From positions 1 to 26,214 of the IMG/VR virus record IMGVR_UViG_3300037483_000118: a stretch of DNA of 26,214 bases; one strand, 5' to 3'. Every line of letters begins with the position of its first letter. The stretch's first letter is position 1. This stretch comes from a virus. Taxonomy: Duplodnaviria > Caudoviricetes. Made by a program: the position numbers and the translations under genes. This document shows positions 7,868 to 15,655 of this stretch, one piece after another. The notes beneath the pieces were generated by a model. That model had not been told where the DNA came from and did not search any database. It saw only the letters and a list, made by a program, of their open reading frames with translations.

Positions 7868-8415
7868 TGAAGTTTGAGATTCAAGTGATTGACACAGAAG
7901 TAGTAGTAAAGCCAACTAAAAAAGGCCACTACAATCAACTTACAGTTACATATAAAAACTTAGATAAAGATGATAAAATTGAAGCAAAGAAAATTATGGA
8001 CTTTGCTCAAAAAGATTTGTTTGAATCTTTATCTAAAGCAATTAAAGGCACTACATATATGGTCAGTGCTGAGAAAAATGAACAATCAGGATATTGGGAT
8101 TGGGTCGAAGTTAACCAGAGTACAGGAGGTAATCCAACAACGGTTGTTGAGAAAAATGGAAATACGGCTGCCATTCCGGCCAAAGGGTCAATCACGCCTA
8201 AATCAACTTATGAAACTGCGGAGGAGCGAGCAGTAAAACAAAAATATATTATTAGACAATCCTCTATTTCATCAGCAATTCAATTACTAGACACTAATGG
8301 TGATACGGAAAATACAGTTGCAGATGTAATTAATATTGCAGAATCTTTTTATATTTATGTAATGTGTGGTCTTAATCTAACTGTGGATGCAATGAAAGAT
8401 GATGTCCCACAATAA
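7864..8415 (+). CDS. putative single-stranded DNA-binding protein
   Basis: Beta-rich N-terminus, flexible linker, YIIRQSSISSAI helix, short acidic end DDVPQ; lies after the polymerase with its own promoter and RBS. Confidence 0.55.
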   Translation: MMKFEIQVIDTEVVVKPTKKGHYNQLTVTYKNLDKDDKIEAKKIMDFAQKDLFESLSKAIKGTTYMVSAEKNEQSGYWDWVEVNQSTGGNPTTVVEKNGNTAAIPAKGSITPKSTYETAEERAVKQKYIIRQSSISSAIQLLDTNGDTENTVADVINIAESFYIYVMCGLNLTVDAMKDDVPQ

Positions 8416-8593
8416 TTTAGAGCCTTGGCAGCGTCCAACCGAGTGTGCCAAATGTGGAGATATAATTTACTCTAAGTATAAGGGTGAGTTTGTTACTTGT
8501 AAATGTGGTTCTATTTCTGTAGATCAAACACAGTATTATGGTAGACTTATTGGCAATAAAGAAGATTTTGTAGATTTTGATAAACTTATCTAA
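8399..8593 (+). CDS. small Cys-rich zinc-binding protein
   Basis: CAKCGDIIYS...FVTCKCGSISVD pattern. Confidence 0.75.
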   Translation: MMSHNNLEPWQRPTECAKCGDIIYSKYKGEFVTCKCGSISVDQTQYYGRLIGNKEDFVDFDKLI

Positions 8594-8610
8594 GAAAAAG
8601 GAGAATATAT

Positions 8611-8784
8611 ATGTACGTTATTCTGAAGAATAAAAGGCGTTATAATAAAGAATTATATGCTTCTTATGAAGCAGCCCGTTCTTATGTTCGTAAAATATTA
8701 AGAAAGAATCCCAAAGTTTATATGAACCTGTATAGTAATCCTAGTATTACTTACTATGGTTTTAGTATTTCTAAAAAAGTTTAA
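8611..8784 (+). CDS. 57-aa basic hypothetical protein
   Basis: AAGGAG RBS, then MYVILKNKRR...YASYEAARSYVRKILRK...NPSITYYGFSISKKV*; absent from the ORF track. Confidence 0.8.
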   Translation: MYVILKNKRRYNKELYASYEAARSYVRKILRKNPKVYMNLYSNPSITYYGFSISKKV

Positions 8785-8798
8785 ATTCTAAGTTTTAT

Positions 8799-8842
8799 GT
8801 GGGGAATGGACTGGAAATTTCCGGTTGTCCCCACTCTTTTTT
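8799..8842 (+). terminator. intrinsic terminator with a long bulged stem
   Basis: GTGGGGA...GACTGGAA-AT-TTCCGGTT...TCCCCAC followed by TCTTTTTT. Confidence 0.75.
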
Positions 8843-8904
8843 CGGAGATATTATGTGTGTCACAGTCAGATAATTAACTCACCTAAAGGAAAAATACTTT
8901 AATC

Positions 8905-9000
8905 ATGCTACTTGAATATTTACCTGCTTTTGTTGCTTTTTGTTCAGCATTTCCTATTGTAATATTAGCTTTAGTTATTATATTTGTATTTAATAAATGA
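8905..9000 (+). CDS. 31-aa single-transmembrane peptide
   Basis: MLLEYLPAFVAFCSAFPIVILALVIIFVFNK*; AAGGA upstream; ATGA overlap with the next gene. Confidence 0.55.
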   Translation: MLLEYLPAFVAFCSAFPIVILALVIIFVFNK

Positions 9001-9179
9001 TATTTCTGACAATAAAACATGAACAATATGAGATAGAGGAAAAATATCAAATTAATGAAGAACAATTAGTTTGGCTACTAACTGGTTTAGAACATTTTGG
9101 TTATAAAGAAGAACCTAAAAAATTATTAAGAAAAGTACAATTAGATAAATTAACTAAGGAGCAATGTTTTGAAGCATAA
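8997..9179 (+). CDS. hypothetical protein
   Basis: ORF track; coupled to neighbours. Confidence 0.6.
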   Translation: MIFLTIKHEQYEIEEKYQINEEQLVWLLTGLEHFGYKEEPKKLLRKVQLDKLTKEQCFEA

Positions 9180-9181
9180 TT

Positions 9182-9868
9182 ATGTTAACACTAATTGATT
9201 CGGATTTAGTATGTTATAGGTGTGCTGCCAGTGCGGAAAATGAACCAGAGGATATTGCAATCCTCCGTGTTGATAAATTAATGCGAGAAATCTTAGAGAA
9301 AACTGGTGCAGAAGAATACAAATCATTTCTTACTGGCACAGAGAATTTTAGATATATTGTAAATCCAGAATATAAGGCAAATAGAAAAGATAAACCAAGG
9401 CCAGTCCATTTAAATGCTTGTAAAGAGTTCTTAATTACAGAGTGGAATACTAAGGTCACGATCGGTCATGAAGCGGATGATGAATTGGGTTTTAATCAAA
9501 CAAATGAAACCATAATTGCTTCTATAGATAAGGATTTATTACAGATACCAGGATTACATTTTGATTGGGTTAAAAACGAACTTAAAGAAGTATCAGAAAT
9601 CGAAGGCATTAAGCATTTCTATAGACAGCTTCTTATTGGTGATAGGACTGATAATATTTTTGGTATTGATGGAATAGGCCCTGTTAAAGCCGGTAAACTT
9701 ATAGACCATTTTATATATGAAATTGATATGTATAAAACAGTTAAAGGTTTATATGATAATGATAAAAGATTTTTGGTCAATTGCGATTGTTTATGGATAA
9801 TGCGGAGAGAAGATGAGAGATTTAGTAACAGAGAGTCAGCAAGGAAATTTAAAGATTCGGGGTGGTAA
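9182..9868 (+). CDS. 5'-3' exonuclease / flap endonuclease (T7 gp6/T5 D15-like)
   Basis: LIDSD, NFR...YKANR, EADD, SIDKDLLQIPG, GDRTDNIFGIDGIGPVKA (helix-3-turn-helix). Confidence 0.93.
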   Translation: MLTLIDSDLVCYRCAASAENEPEDIAILRVDKLMREILEKTGAEEYKSFLTGTENFRYIVNPEYKANRKDKPRPVHLNACKEFLITEWNTKVTIGHEADDELGFNQTNETIIASIDKDLLQIPGLHFDWVKNELKEVSEIEGIKHFYRQLLIGDRTDNIFGIDGIGPVKAGKLIDHFIYEIDMYKTVKGLYDNDKRFLVNCDCLWIMRREDERFSNRESARKFKDSGW

Positions 9869-10031
9869 TGTAGCCCAAGTGTATGAAGTTTACGAAGAGT
9901 ATATAACAGGGGCGTATTTAAGTAAGAATGGTTGGATTCCTATTCGCTGGCAACCAAATGGTTTAATTAGTTCTGGAATTACCACAAATTTAGATTTAAT
10001 TTTAGATGAAGAACCAGAAAAAGCTGCCTAA
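9813..10031 (+). CDS. hypothetical protein
   Basis: GGAG RBS before ATG 9813; fills the gap between exonuclease and endonuclease. Confidence 0.65.
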   Translation: MRDLVTESQQGNLKIRGGNVAQVYEVYEEYITGAYLSKNGWIPIRWQPNGLISSGITTNLDLILDEEPEKAA

Positions 10032-10401
10032 CTATAAATCTAAATTGGAGCAGACATTTGCAGATATATTATCAAGTATCAATGCTCCTATTATATATGA
10101 GGAATATTATGTCGATTATATTGTACCTGAAACAGAAGCTAAATATAACATTGATTTCACTTTACTTAATATGGTACATTTGGAAATTAAAGGCTATTTC
10201 CGTGATTACAAGGAAAGGCGGAAGTACGAACTAATTAGAGATCAATATCCTGATCTAGATTTAAGGTTTGTATTTGCTGATCCGAATAAAAAGATTTATA
10301 AAAGATCAAAAACTACATACGCTATGTGGGCAGATAAATTAAATTATAAATGGTGCTCCATTAAAGATATTGAACAAATTAAATTATGGGTTAAAGAATA
10401 A
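10006..10401 (+). CDS. endonuclease I-like Holliday junction resolvase (T7 gp3 family)
   Basis: YKSKLE, YNIDF, EIKGYF (PD-(D/E)xK-type), LRFVF, TYAMWA. Confidence 0.9.
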   Translation: MKNQKKLPNYKSKLEQTFADILSSINAPIIYEEYYVDYIVPETEAKYNIDFTLLNMVHLEIKGYFRDYKERRKYELIRDQYPDLDLRFVFADPNKKIYKRSKTTYAMWADKLNYKWCSIKDIEQIKLWVKE

Positions 10402-10670
10402 TGAGTAAATCAGTAGACAAAAGATTGGAAGCACAACTAGGCAATCAACCTGTGTGGGTTTGTTCCGATTGTGGAGATTTATATGGTAGAAGGCCAATGG
10501 GCACTGCTACTTTCCATGAAGGAACTTGCGAGGTCTGTGGTGAAATAAAAAGTGTAACTGAGCCCCGCGACTTTGGATATTTAAAGCCAGAGTGGATAAT
10601 GCATAGGAGATATAAATTAAACGAGAAAGAACAAAAGAACAGAAAAAGAGATTATGTGAACAACAATTAG
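10401..10670 (+). CDS. zinc-finger hypothetical protein
   Basis: VCSDCG...GTCEVCG...VTEPRDFGYL. Confidence 0.75.
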   Translation: MSKSVDKRLEAQLGNQPVWVCSDCGDLYGRRPMGTATFHEGTCEVCGEIKSVTEPRDFGYLKPEWIMHRRYKLNEKEQKNRKRDYVNNN

Positions 10671-10975
10671 AGAGGCGACGAGGGAATCCAGATAAGTACC
10701 GGGAAATGGGGCGGAAGTCTGAACATAGGCGAAGATTAAAAAGGTATGGATTATCTGAAGAGCAATACAATAATATGCTTCTCTTACAAAAAAATAAATG
10801 TGCAATATGTGAAGTAATATTAACTGTGGGAAGAGGCACTCATGTTGATCATTGTCATGCCACGGGGAAAGTGCGGGGCATACTCTGCTATTACTGTAAT
10901 ACTATGCTAGGACAAGCCAAAGATTCTACACAAACACTACAAAAAGCTATACTTTATTTGAAAGGCTTTACATGA
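10616..10975 (+). CDS. endonuclease VII-type HNH (putative homing) endonuclease 1; apparent AUU start (first ATG at 10706)
   Basis: YGLSEEQY...CAIC...HVDHCHATGKVRGILCYYCNTMLG. Frame is open back to ATT 10616, 6 nt after AGGAG, and bounded by TAA 10613-10615. Confidence 0.85.
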   Translation: MKRERTKEQKKRLCEQQLERRRGNPDKYREMGRKSEHRRRLKRYGLSEEQYNNMLLLQKNKCAICEVILTVGRGTHVDHCHATGKVRGILCYYCNTMLGQAKDSTQTLQKAILYLKGFT

Positions 10976-11733
10976 ACCACCTTGTAATTCCAGATTGTCA
11001 GGTCCGAGAAGGGTCTGATTTTTCCTACCTTGAGTGGATAGGAAATTATATTATAGATAAAAAACCAGATAAAATAATTTGTCTAGGGGATTTTGCAGAC
11101 ATGCCATCTTTATCTTCTTTTGACATAGGTAAAAAATCATTTGAAGGCAAAAGATATAAAAAAGATATAGAGGCTGCTCATGTAGCCATGCAAACTTTAA
11201 TTGATCCAATACATAATTACAATATAAAACAATTAAAAAATAAACATAAATTATATGAGCCGGAATTACATTTAACTTTAGGTAACCATGAAAATCGTAT
11301 TAATAAAGTTATTGAAAGTGATCCTAAATTTGATGGTACTATTGGTATGGATGACCTTCATTATTGGAATTTCGGTTGGATTGTTCATGATTTCTTACAA
11401 CCAATAGTTTTAGATGGTGTCTGTTATAGCCATTATTTTATTTCTGGTGTGATGGGTAGACCTGTTACGTCAGCTAAGTTACTATTACAAAAGAAGCACA
11501 TGTCTTGTGTCCAAGGGCACAACCAAAACATGGAAATACATATAGAATATAAAGGTGATGGGAAGAGAATTACCTGTCTTTTCGCAGGAACCTGCAATAA
11601 ACAGTATGAAGATTATCTCGGGCCGCAAGGCAATAACTATTTTAGAGGTATTCATATGTTATATGATGTGTGTGACGGAGAATTTTATTGTCATACAATA
11701 CCTTTGAAATACCTAGAAAATAAATATGCTTGA
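10972..11733 (+). CDS. calcineurin-like metallophosphoesterase
   Basis: IPDCQ, LGDFAD, GNHE, YSH, QGH motifs. Confidence 0.9.
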   Translation: MNHLVIPDCQVREGSDFSYLEWIGNYIIDKKPDKIICLGDFADMPSLSSFDIGKKSFEGKRYKKDIEAAHVAMQTLIDPIHNYNIKQLKNKHKLYEPELHLTLGNHENRINKVIESDPKFDGTIGMDDLHYWNFGWIVHDFLQPIVLDGVCYSHYFISGVMGRPVTSAKLLLQKKHMSCVQGHNQNMEIHIEYKGDGKRITCLFAGTCNKQYEDYLGPQGNNYFRGIHMLYDVCDGEFYCHTIPLKYLENKYA

Positions 11734-12163
11734 AAAGTATTGTAACAAGTGCAAAGAAACAAAATTAATTTCTGAATTTGTAAAAACAAAATATACAGCT
11801 TGTGGATATGTTTCAAATTGTAAATCCTGCAGAAACGCTTATTCTAAACAACGTAGAGAGAATGATTATGATAAGGTGCGAAAAACAGAAAAAGAATCTC
11901 ATAAAAAGAATAGGCTAAAACAATTATATGGTTTAACTAAAGAACAATATGAAAATAAATTAATAAAGCAAAATTATAGTTGTGCTATTTGTGGAACACA
12001 TGTTTCTAAATTAAAAAGAGCCCTTGCTGTAGACCACAATCACTATACAAAAGTTGTACGTGGACTGCTCTGTGGCAAATGTAATGTAGGACTAGGTCAC
12101 TTTAATGACGATGCTTTCTTACTTAAAAAAGCATTAAAATATTTGGAGAAAAAATACAGATGA
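11726..12163 (+). CDS. endonuclease VII-type HNH (putative homing) endonuclease 2 with N-terminal Zn ribbon
   Basis: CNKC...CKSC; YGLTKEQY...CAIC...AVDHNH...VRGLLCGKCNVGLG. Confidence 0.9.
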   Translation: MLEKYCNKCKETKLISEFVKTKYTACGYVSNCKSCRNAYSKQRRENDYDKVRKTEKESHKKNRLKQLYGLTKEQYENKLIKQNYSCAICGTHVSKLKRALAVDHNHYTKVVRGLLCGKCNVGLGHFNDDAFLLKKALKYLEKKYR

Positions 12164-12426
12164 ATAATCCAGTAGAAGTTTATGCATATTTTCCACCTTG
12201 GACTGAGGATGATAAGGAACCAAAAAGGTCTGTTATTCCTCCACCCCCTCACTATGATATTAGACCCCAGCCGTGGGATGTAATTGATGCTTGGAATCTA
12301 AATTATAATATTGGAACAGCACTTAAATATCTAGCTCGTTATCGTTATAAAGGTGCTCCACGAGAAGACCTACTTAAAGCTATTAATTTTATTAAAAGAG
12401 AATTAGAGTGCAATTATCCAGGATAG
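12160..12426 (+). CDS. DUF3310 family protein (T7 gp1.7-like nucleotide kinase)
   Basis: PPHY...QPWDVI...GTALKYLARYRYKG...EDLLKA. Confidence 0.85.
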   Translation: MNNPVEVYAYFPPWTEDDKEPKRSVIPPPPHYDIRPQPWDVIDAWNLNYNIGTALKYLARYRYKGAPREDLLKAINFIKRELECNYPG

Positions 12427-12725
12427 ATTATATAGGACAGAATGGCGGAGACGGCCTCCACTATGTGGACGTTAAACAACAAATGATAGAAGAACAAACA
12501 AAAAAATATGAGGCTATTAAAAAGATAACCGATGAGTTAAAGAGTGCCACCAATAGATATGGCCCTTTTCATTCTGCACATGAAGGTTATGCAGTTATCA
12601 GGGAGGAATTAGATGAAATGTGGGATGAGATTAAATTAAATAATACACAAAAAGCATTAGATGAGTGTGTACAAGTAGCTGCTATGGCCATTAGATTTTT
12701 AATAGATATTAAAAAACATGAGTGA
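12408..12725 (+). CDS. MazG-like all-alpha NTP pyrophosphohydrolase-fold protein
   Basis: FHSAHEGYAVIREELDEMWDEIK...DECVQVAAMAIRF; N-terminal IGQNGGDGLHY segment; GTG start. Confidence 0.65.
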   Translation: MQLSRIDYIGQNGGDGLHYVDVKQQMIEEQTKKYEAIKKITDELKSATNRYGPFHSAHEGYAVIREELDEMWDEIKLNNTQKALDECVQVAAMAIRFLIDIKKHE

Positions 12726-12912
12726 ATATATCCTTTTAGGGTCTGAACAAGTTGAGAGAGCTGGAATTAACTTAAAATTTGCTGCTGAAGAAATGAAAAC
12801 CGCAGCTTCAAATATTGATGATGTGTTTTTTAGACAACAAAGATTTTTAGAGGATTGGTTACAGAAATTTCAAGAGATATTAGAAAATAATATAAATATT
12901 AAAAAGGATTGA
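12718..12912 (+). CDS. hypothetical protein (coiled-coil-like)
   Basis: ORF track; overlaps the previous gene. Confidence 0.7.
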   Translation: MSEYILLGSEQVERAGINLKFAAEEMKTAASNIDDVFFRQQRFLEDWLQKFQEILENNINIKKD

Positions 12913-12917
12913 ATGTT

Positions 12918-13094
12918 ATGGCTTACCAAGTATCAATAGTTACATCCCATAATGGAACTGGTTATGAAGTTACTGTTGTTGAATTGCTTTCTACAATATC
13001 TTCAACTAATAAATATGTGTCAGTAAATTTCTTTAGTACTTATGATGAAGCATTTAGTTATTTACTTTTAATGCTTGATACTTACATTAAATAA
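12918..13094 (+). CDS. hypothetical protein
   Basis: AAGGA is 9 nt upstream of ATG 12918; the track's TTG 12909 sits too close to the RBS. Confidence 0.6.
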   Translation: MAYQVSIVTSHNGTGYEVTVVELLSTISSTNKYVSVNFFSTYDEAFSYLLLMLDTYIK

Positions 13095-13116
13095 GGATGA
13101 AAATGTAATAATAATT

Positions 13117-13371
13117 ATGGCTATAACGTATTTAGAATTATTGGAAAAATTAAAACAGTATGATGAATTTCTATTATTAGATTTATTAAAAATAACTTCA
13201 GAGGATATTGTTAAACGGTGGGCTGATGAAATCGAAGAAAGATTTGATGAACTCTCAGAGGAGCTTGGAGAATCAGAAGAAGAAACTTTATTCTACTCAG
13301 AAGATAATGAAGATGTTGGAGGAGAACAACAACAATATTGGCAAGAGGAAGAAGATAATGAGGATTTATAA
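13117..13371 (+). CDS. phage hypothetical protein with acidic tail
   Basis: MAITYLELLEKLKQYDEFLLLDLLKITSEDIV...; start moved to ATG 13117. Confidence 0.75.
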   Translation: MAITYLELLEKLKQYDEFLLLDLLKITSEDIVKRWADEIEERFDELSEELGESEEETLFYSEDNEDVGGEQQQYWQEEEDNEDL

Positions 13372-13426
13372 GCAAAATGAACAAGAATTTGACAAAGACA
13401 TACAAGAATATAAAAAATTTAAATGA
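13307..13426 (+). CDS. small hypothetical protein overlapping the previous gene, coupled to RNR
   Basis: 3' part of ORF 13208..13426; ATGA overlap with the RNR start; exact start uncertain (13307, 13313 or 13358). Confidence 0.45.
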   Translation: MKMLEENNNNIGKRKKIMRIYKQNEQEFDKDIQEYKKFK

Positions 13427-15390
13427 CATTACCTACTGATTATCAAAGCATTATTCATCAAAGTAGATATGCTAGATATTTACCAGAATCAAAGAGGCGT
13501 GAGACATGGGAAGAAACAGTAAATAGATATATTAATTATCTTAAAGATAAAGCACATTTATGTTCAGAAAATGAACATACTGAAGAATTATCTTGGCTAT
13601 TAGATAATAAAATTAAGTCTGCAATTCTTAACCTAGAAGTGATGCCATCAATGAGATTGATGATGGTTGCTGGAGAAGCTTGTGAACGAGACAATATTTC
13701 AGCTTATAATTGCTCCTATTTAGCTATAAATAATAAACGAGCATTTAGTGAGGCTTTGTATGTTCTTATGAATGGTACAGGAGTAGGTTTCTCCTGTGAA
13801 AGACAAGAAATTTCTAAATTACCCCTAGTACCAGAAATATTAAAAGAAAGTGAGGATGTAATTGTCGTCGGAGATAGTAAGCTTGGGTGGGCAAAAGCCT
13901 TCAAAAAACTCTTGTCGTCACTGTGGGAAGGAGATATTCCAAAAGTGGACTATAGCCACATTCGACCCGCTGGCGCAAGACTTAAAACTTTCGGAGGTAG
14001 AGCAAGTGGACCTGAACCTTTGCGTAGATTGTTCGAGTTTGTTACTTCAATTTTTAATGATGCTGTCGGACGAAAACTTACCAGCATAGAAGTACATGAT
14101 ATTATATGTATGATTGGTGAGATAGTTGTGGTAGGGGGGGTTCGTAGAAGTGCTTTAATATCTTTGAGTAATTTAACTGATAGGAGGATGCGTGAAGCAA
14201 AAACAGGTGCTTGGTGGAACGAGACGCCGTGGCGCTCACTGGCAAATAATTCAGCAACATATACGGAGAAACCAGACATGGAGTCCTTCATGGAGGAATG
14301 GCTTGCCCTGGTTAAATCCAAATCAGGTGAACGCGGAATCTTTAATAGAGTTGCTGCTCAAAAACAGGCGTCAAAATGGGGTAGGCGTGATCCAACTATA
14401 GCTTATGGAGTAAATCCTTGTGGGGAAGTGCTTCTTCGAGACAAAGAATTTTGTAATTTAAGTTCAGTAATTGTTCGTAGTACAGATACATTTGAAGATT
14501 TAAAATATAAAATTAAATTAGCTACTATTTTAGGTACAATACAAAGTACATTAACTAATTTTAATTTCTTATCAGAAGAATGGAAGAAAAATACAGAGGA
14601 GGAGAGATTACTGGGTGTAAGTCTTACTGGTATTATGGACCACCCACTATTAAATGGTAGTGGGGAGACAGAAGATATTTATAAACAATTTGTAGATGAT
14701 AATGGAAATATTATCAAGCTTTCTACAATACTAGAAGAATTAAGAGATTATGCTAGGAGTGTAAATGAAGAATGGGCTAGTAAATTGGGAATACCTGTTT
14801 CTGTGGCTATTACTCTTATCAAACCAGAAGGAACAGTCAGTCAGTTGGTGGATAGCTCTAGTGGGATTCATCCTCGCCACAGTTCATATTATTTACGACG
14901 GATTCGTTTGGATAAAAAAGACTCATTATATGAATTCTTTAAAACCCAAGGTATTCACACAGAAGATGAATTCTTACATCCTAACTCAACCACCGTGCTC
15001 ACCTTCCCCATTAAGAGCCCTAGTGGAGCAATATGTAGGAAGGATATATCGGCCTTAGATCATTTAAATTTATGGTTAATATACAAACAACATTGGTGTG
15101 AGCATAATCCATCAATTACTATAACTGTTAAACCGGAGGAGTGGTTAGAAGTTGGGGCTTGGGTGTATAAACATTTTGACAATGTATTAGGATTGTCTTT
15201 TCTTCCATATAGTGAGCACACTTATATACAAGCACCTAATGAGGATATTACTGAGGAACAATATAATGAACTAATTTCAAAAAATACAACTTCTATTAAT
15301 TGGAATGAATTTATTGAAGAGGAAGATAATACAACCTCATCCCAAGAATTAGCTTGTGTGGCGGGACAGTGTGAGATTAGTCAACTATGA
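13423..15390 (+). CDS. nrdJ: class II (adenosylcobalamin-dependent), monomeric-type ribonucleotide reductase
   Basis: SRYAR, PSMR, YNCSY, GTGVGFS, RRSALI, NPCGE, FCNL, KPEGTVSQL and C-terminal CVAGQCE; no R2 gene nearby. Confidence 0.95.
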   Translation: MTLPTDYQSIIHQSRYARYLPESKRRETWEETVNRYINYLKDKAHLCSENEHTEELSWLLDNKIKSAILNLEVMPSMRLMMVAGEACERDNISAYNCSYLAINNKRAFSEALYVLMNGTGVGFSCERQEISKLPLVPEILKESEDVIVVGDSKLGWAKAFKKLLSSLWEGDIPKVDYSHIRPAGARLKTFGGRASGPEPLRRLFEFVTSIFNDAVGRKLTSIEVHDIICMIGEIVVVGGVRRSALISLSNLTDRRMREAKTGAWWNETPWRSLANNSATYTEKPDMESFMEEWLALVKSKSGERGIFNRVAAQKQASKWGRRDPTIAYGVNPCGEVLLRDKEFCNLSSVIVRSTDTFEDLKYKIKLATILGTIQSTLTNFNFLSEEWKKNTEEERLLGVSLTGIMDHPLLNGSGETEDIYKQFVDDNGNIIKLSTILEELRDYARSVNEEWASKLGIPVSVAITLIKPEGTVSQLVDSSSGIHPRHSSYYLRRIRLDKKDSLYEFFKTQGIHTEDEFLHPNSTTVLTFPIKSPSGAICRKDISALDHLNLWLIYKQHWCEHNPSITITVKPEEWLEVGAWVYKHFDNVLGLSFLPYSEHTYIQAPNEDITEEQYNELISKNTTSINWNEFIEEEDNTTSSQELACVAGQCEISQL

Positions 15391-15557
15391 ATATACCACA
15401 ATTTGAAGATGTAAGAAAATGTAAAAAGATTTGTTTAAAATCTACCAACGAAGAAGGTATTGAGTATTGTAAGGGTTGTGGTAGAACAATGGAGGAGATT
15501 ATTAATACATACAATAATCACTTAAAGATGATGGGAAAGGAAAATACAAATGACTGA
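15387..15557 (+). CDS. DUF1289-like small Cys-rich protein
   Basis: CKKIC...YCKGCGRTMEEI; ATGA overlap with the RNR stop; absent from the ORF track. Confidence 0.75.
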   Translation: MNIPQFEDVRKCKKICLKSTNEEGIEYCKGCGRTMEEIINTYNNHLKMMGKENTND

Positions 15558-15621
15558 TGCAGAATGGAATGAAATTTTAAAAGAAATTGATGTTGATATT
15601 ACTAAATTTGAAACATTATAA
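15550..15621 (+). CDS. 23-aa acidic peptide, last gene of the + block
   Basis: AAGGA upstream; MTDAEWNEILKEIDVDITKFETL*. Confidence 0.5.
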   Translation: MTDAEWNEILKEIDVDITKFETL

Positions 15622-15632
15622 ATAAATTACTT

Positions 15633-15655
15633 AACCCCCCGAAAGGGGGGTTTTT
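15633..15655. terminator. intrinsic terminator at the convergence of the two gene blocks, possibly bidirectional
   Basis: AACCCCCC-GAAA-GGGGGGTT TTT; clear U-tract on +, weaker on -. Confidence 0.9.

Noticed and set aside
12385-12430. -1 frameshift fusing DUF3310 to the MazG-like ORF
   Set aside because: No canonical slippery heptamer in the shared open interval; a GTG start explains the overlap.
1955-14401. Alternative-frame and antisense ORFs inside replication genes (e.g. 1955..2140, 2232..2462, 2817..3029, 7301..7702, 8883..9065, 10507..10839, 13950..14321)
   Set aside because: They shadow well-supported genes and lack an RBS or recognisable motifs; their hydrophobicity reflects antisense reading of A-rich codons.
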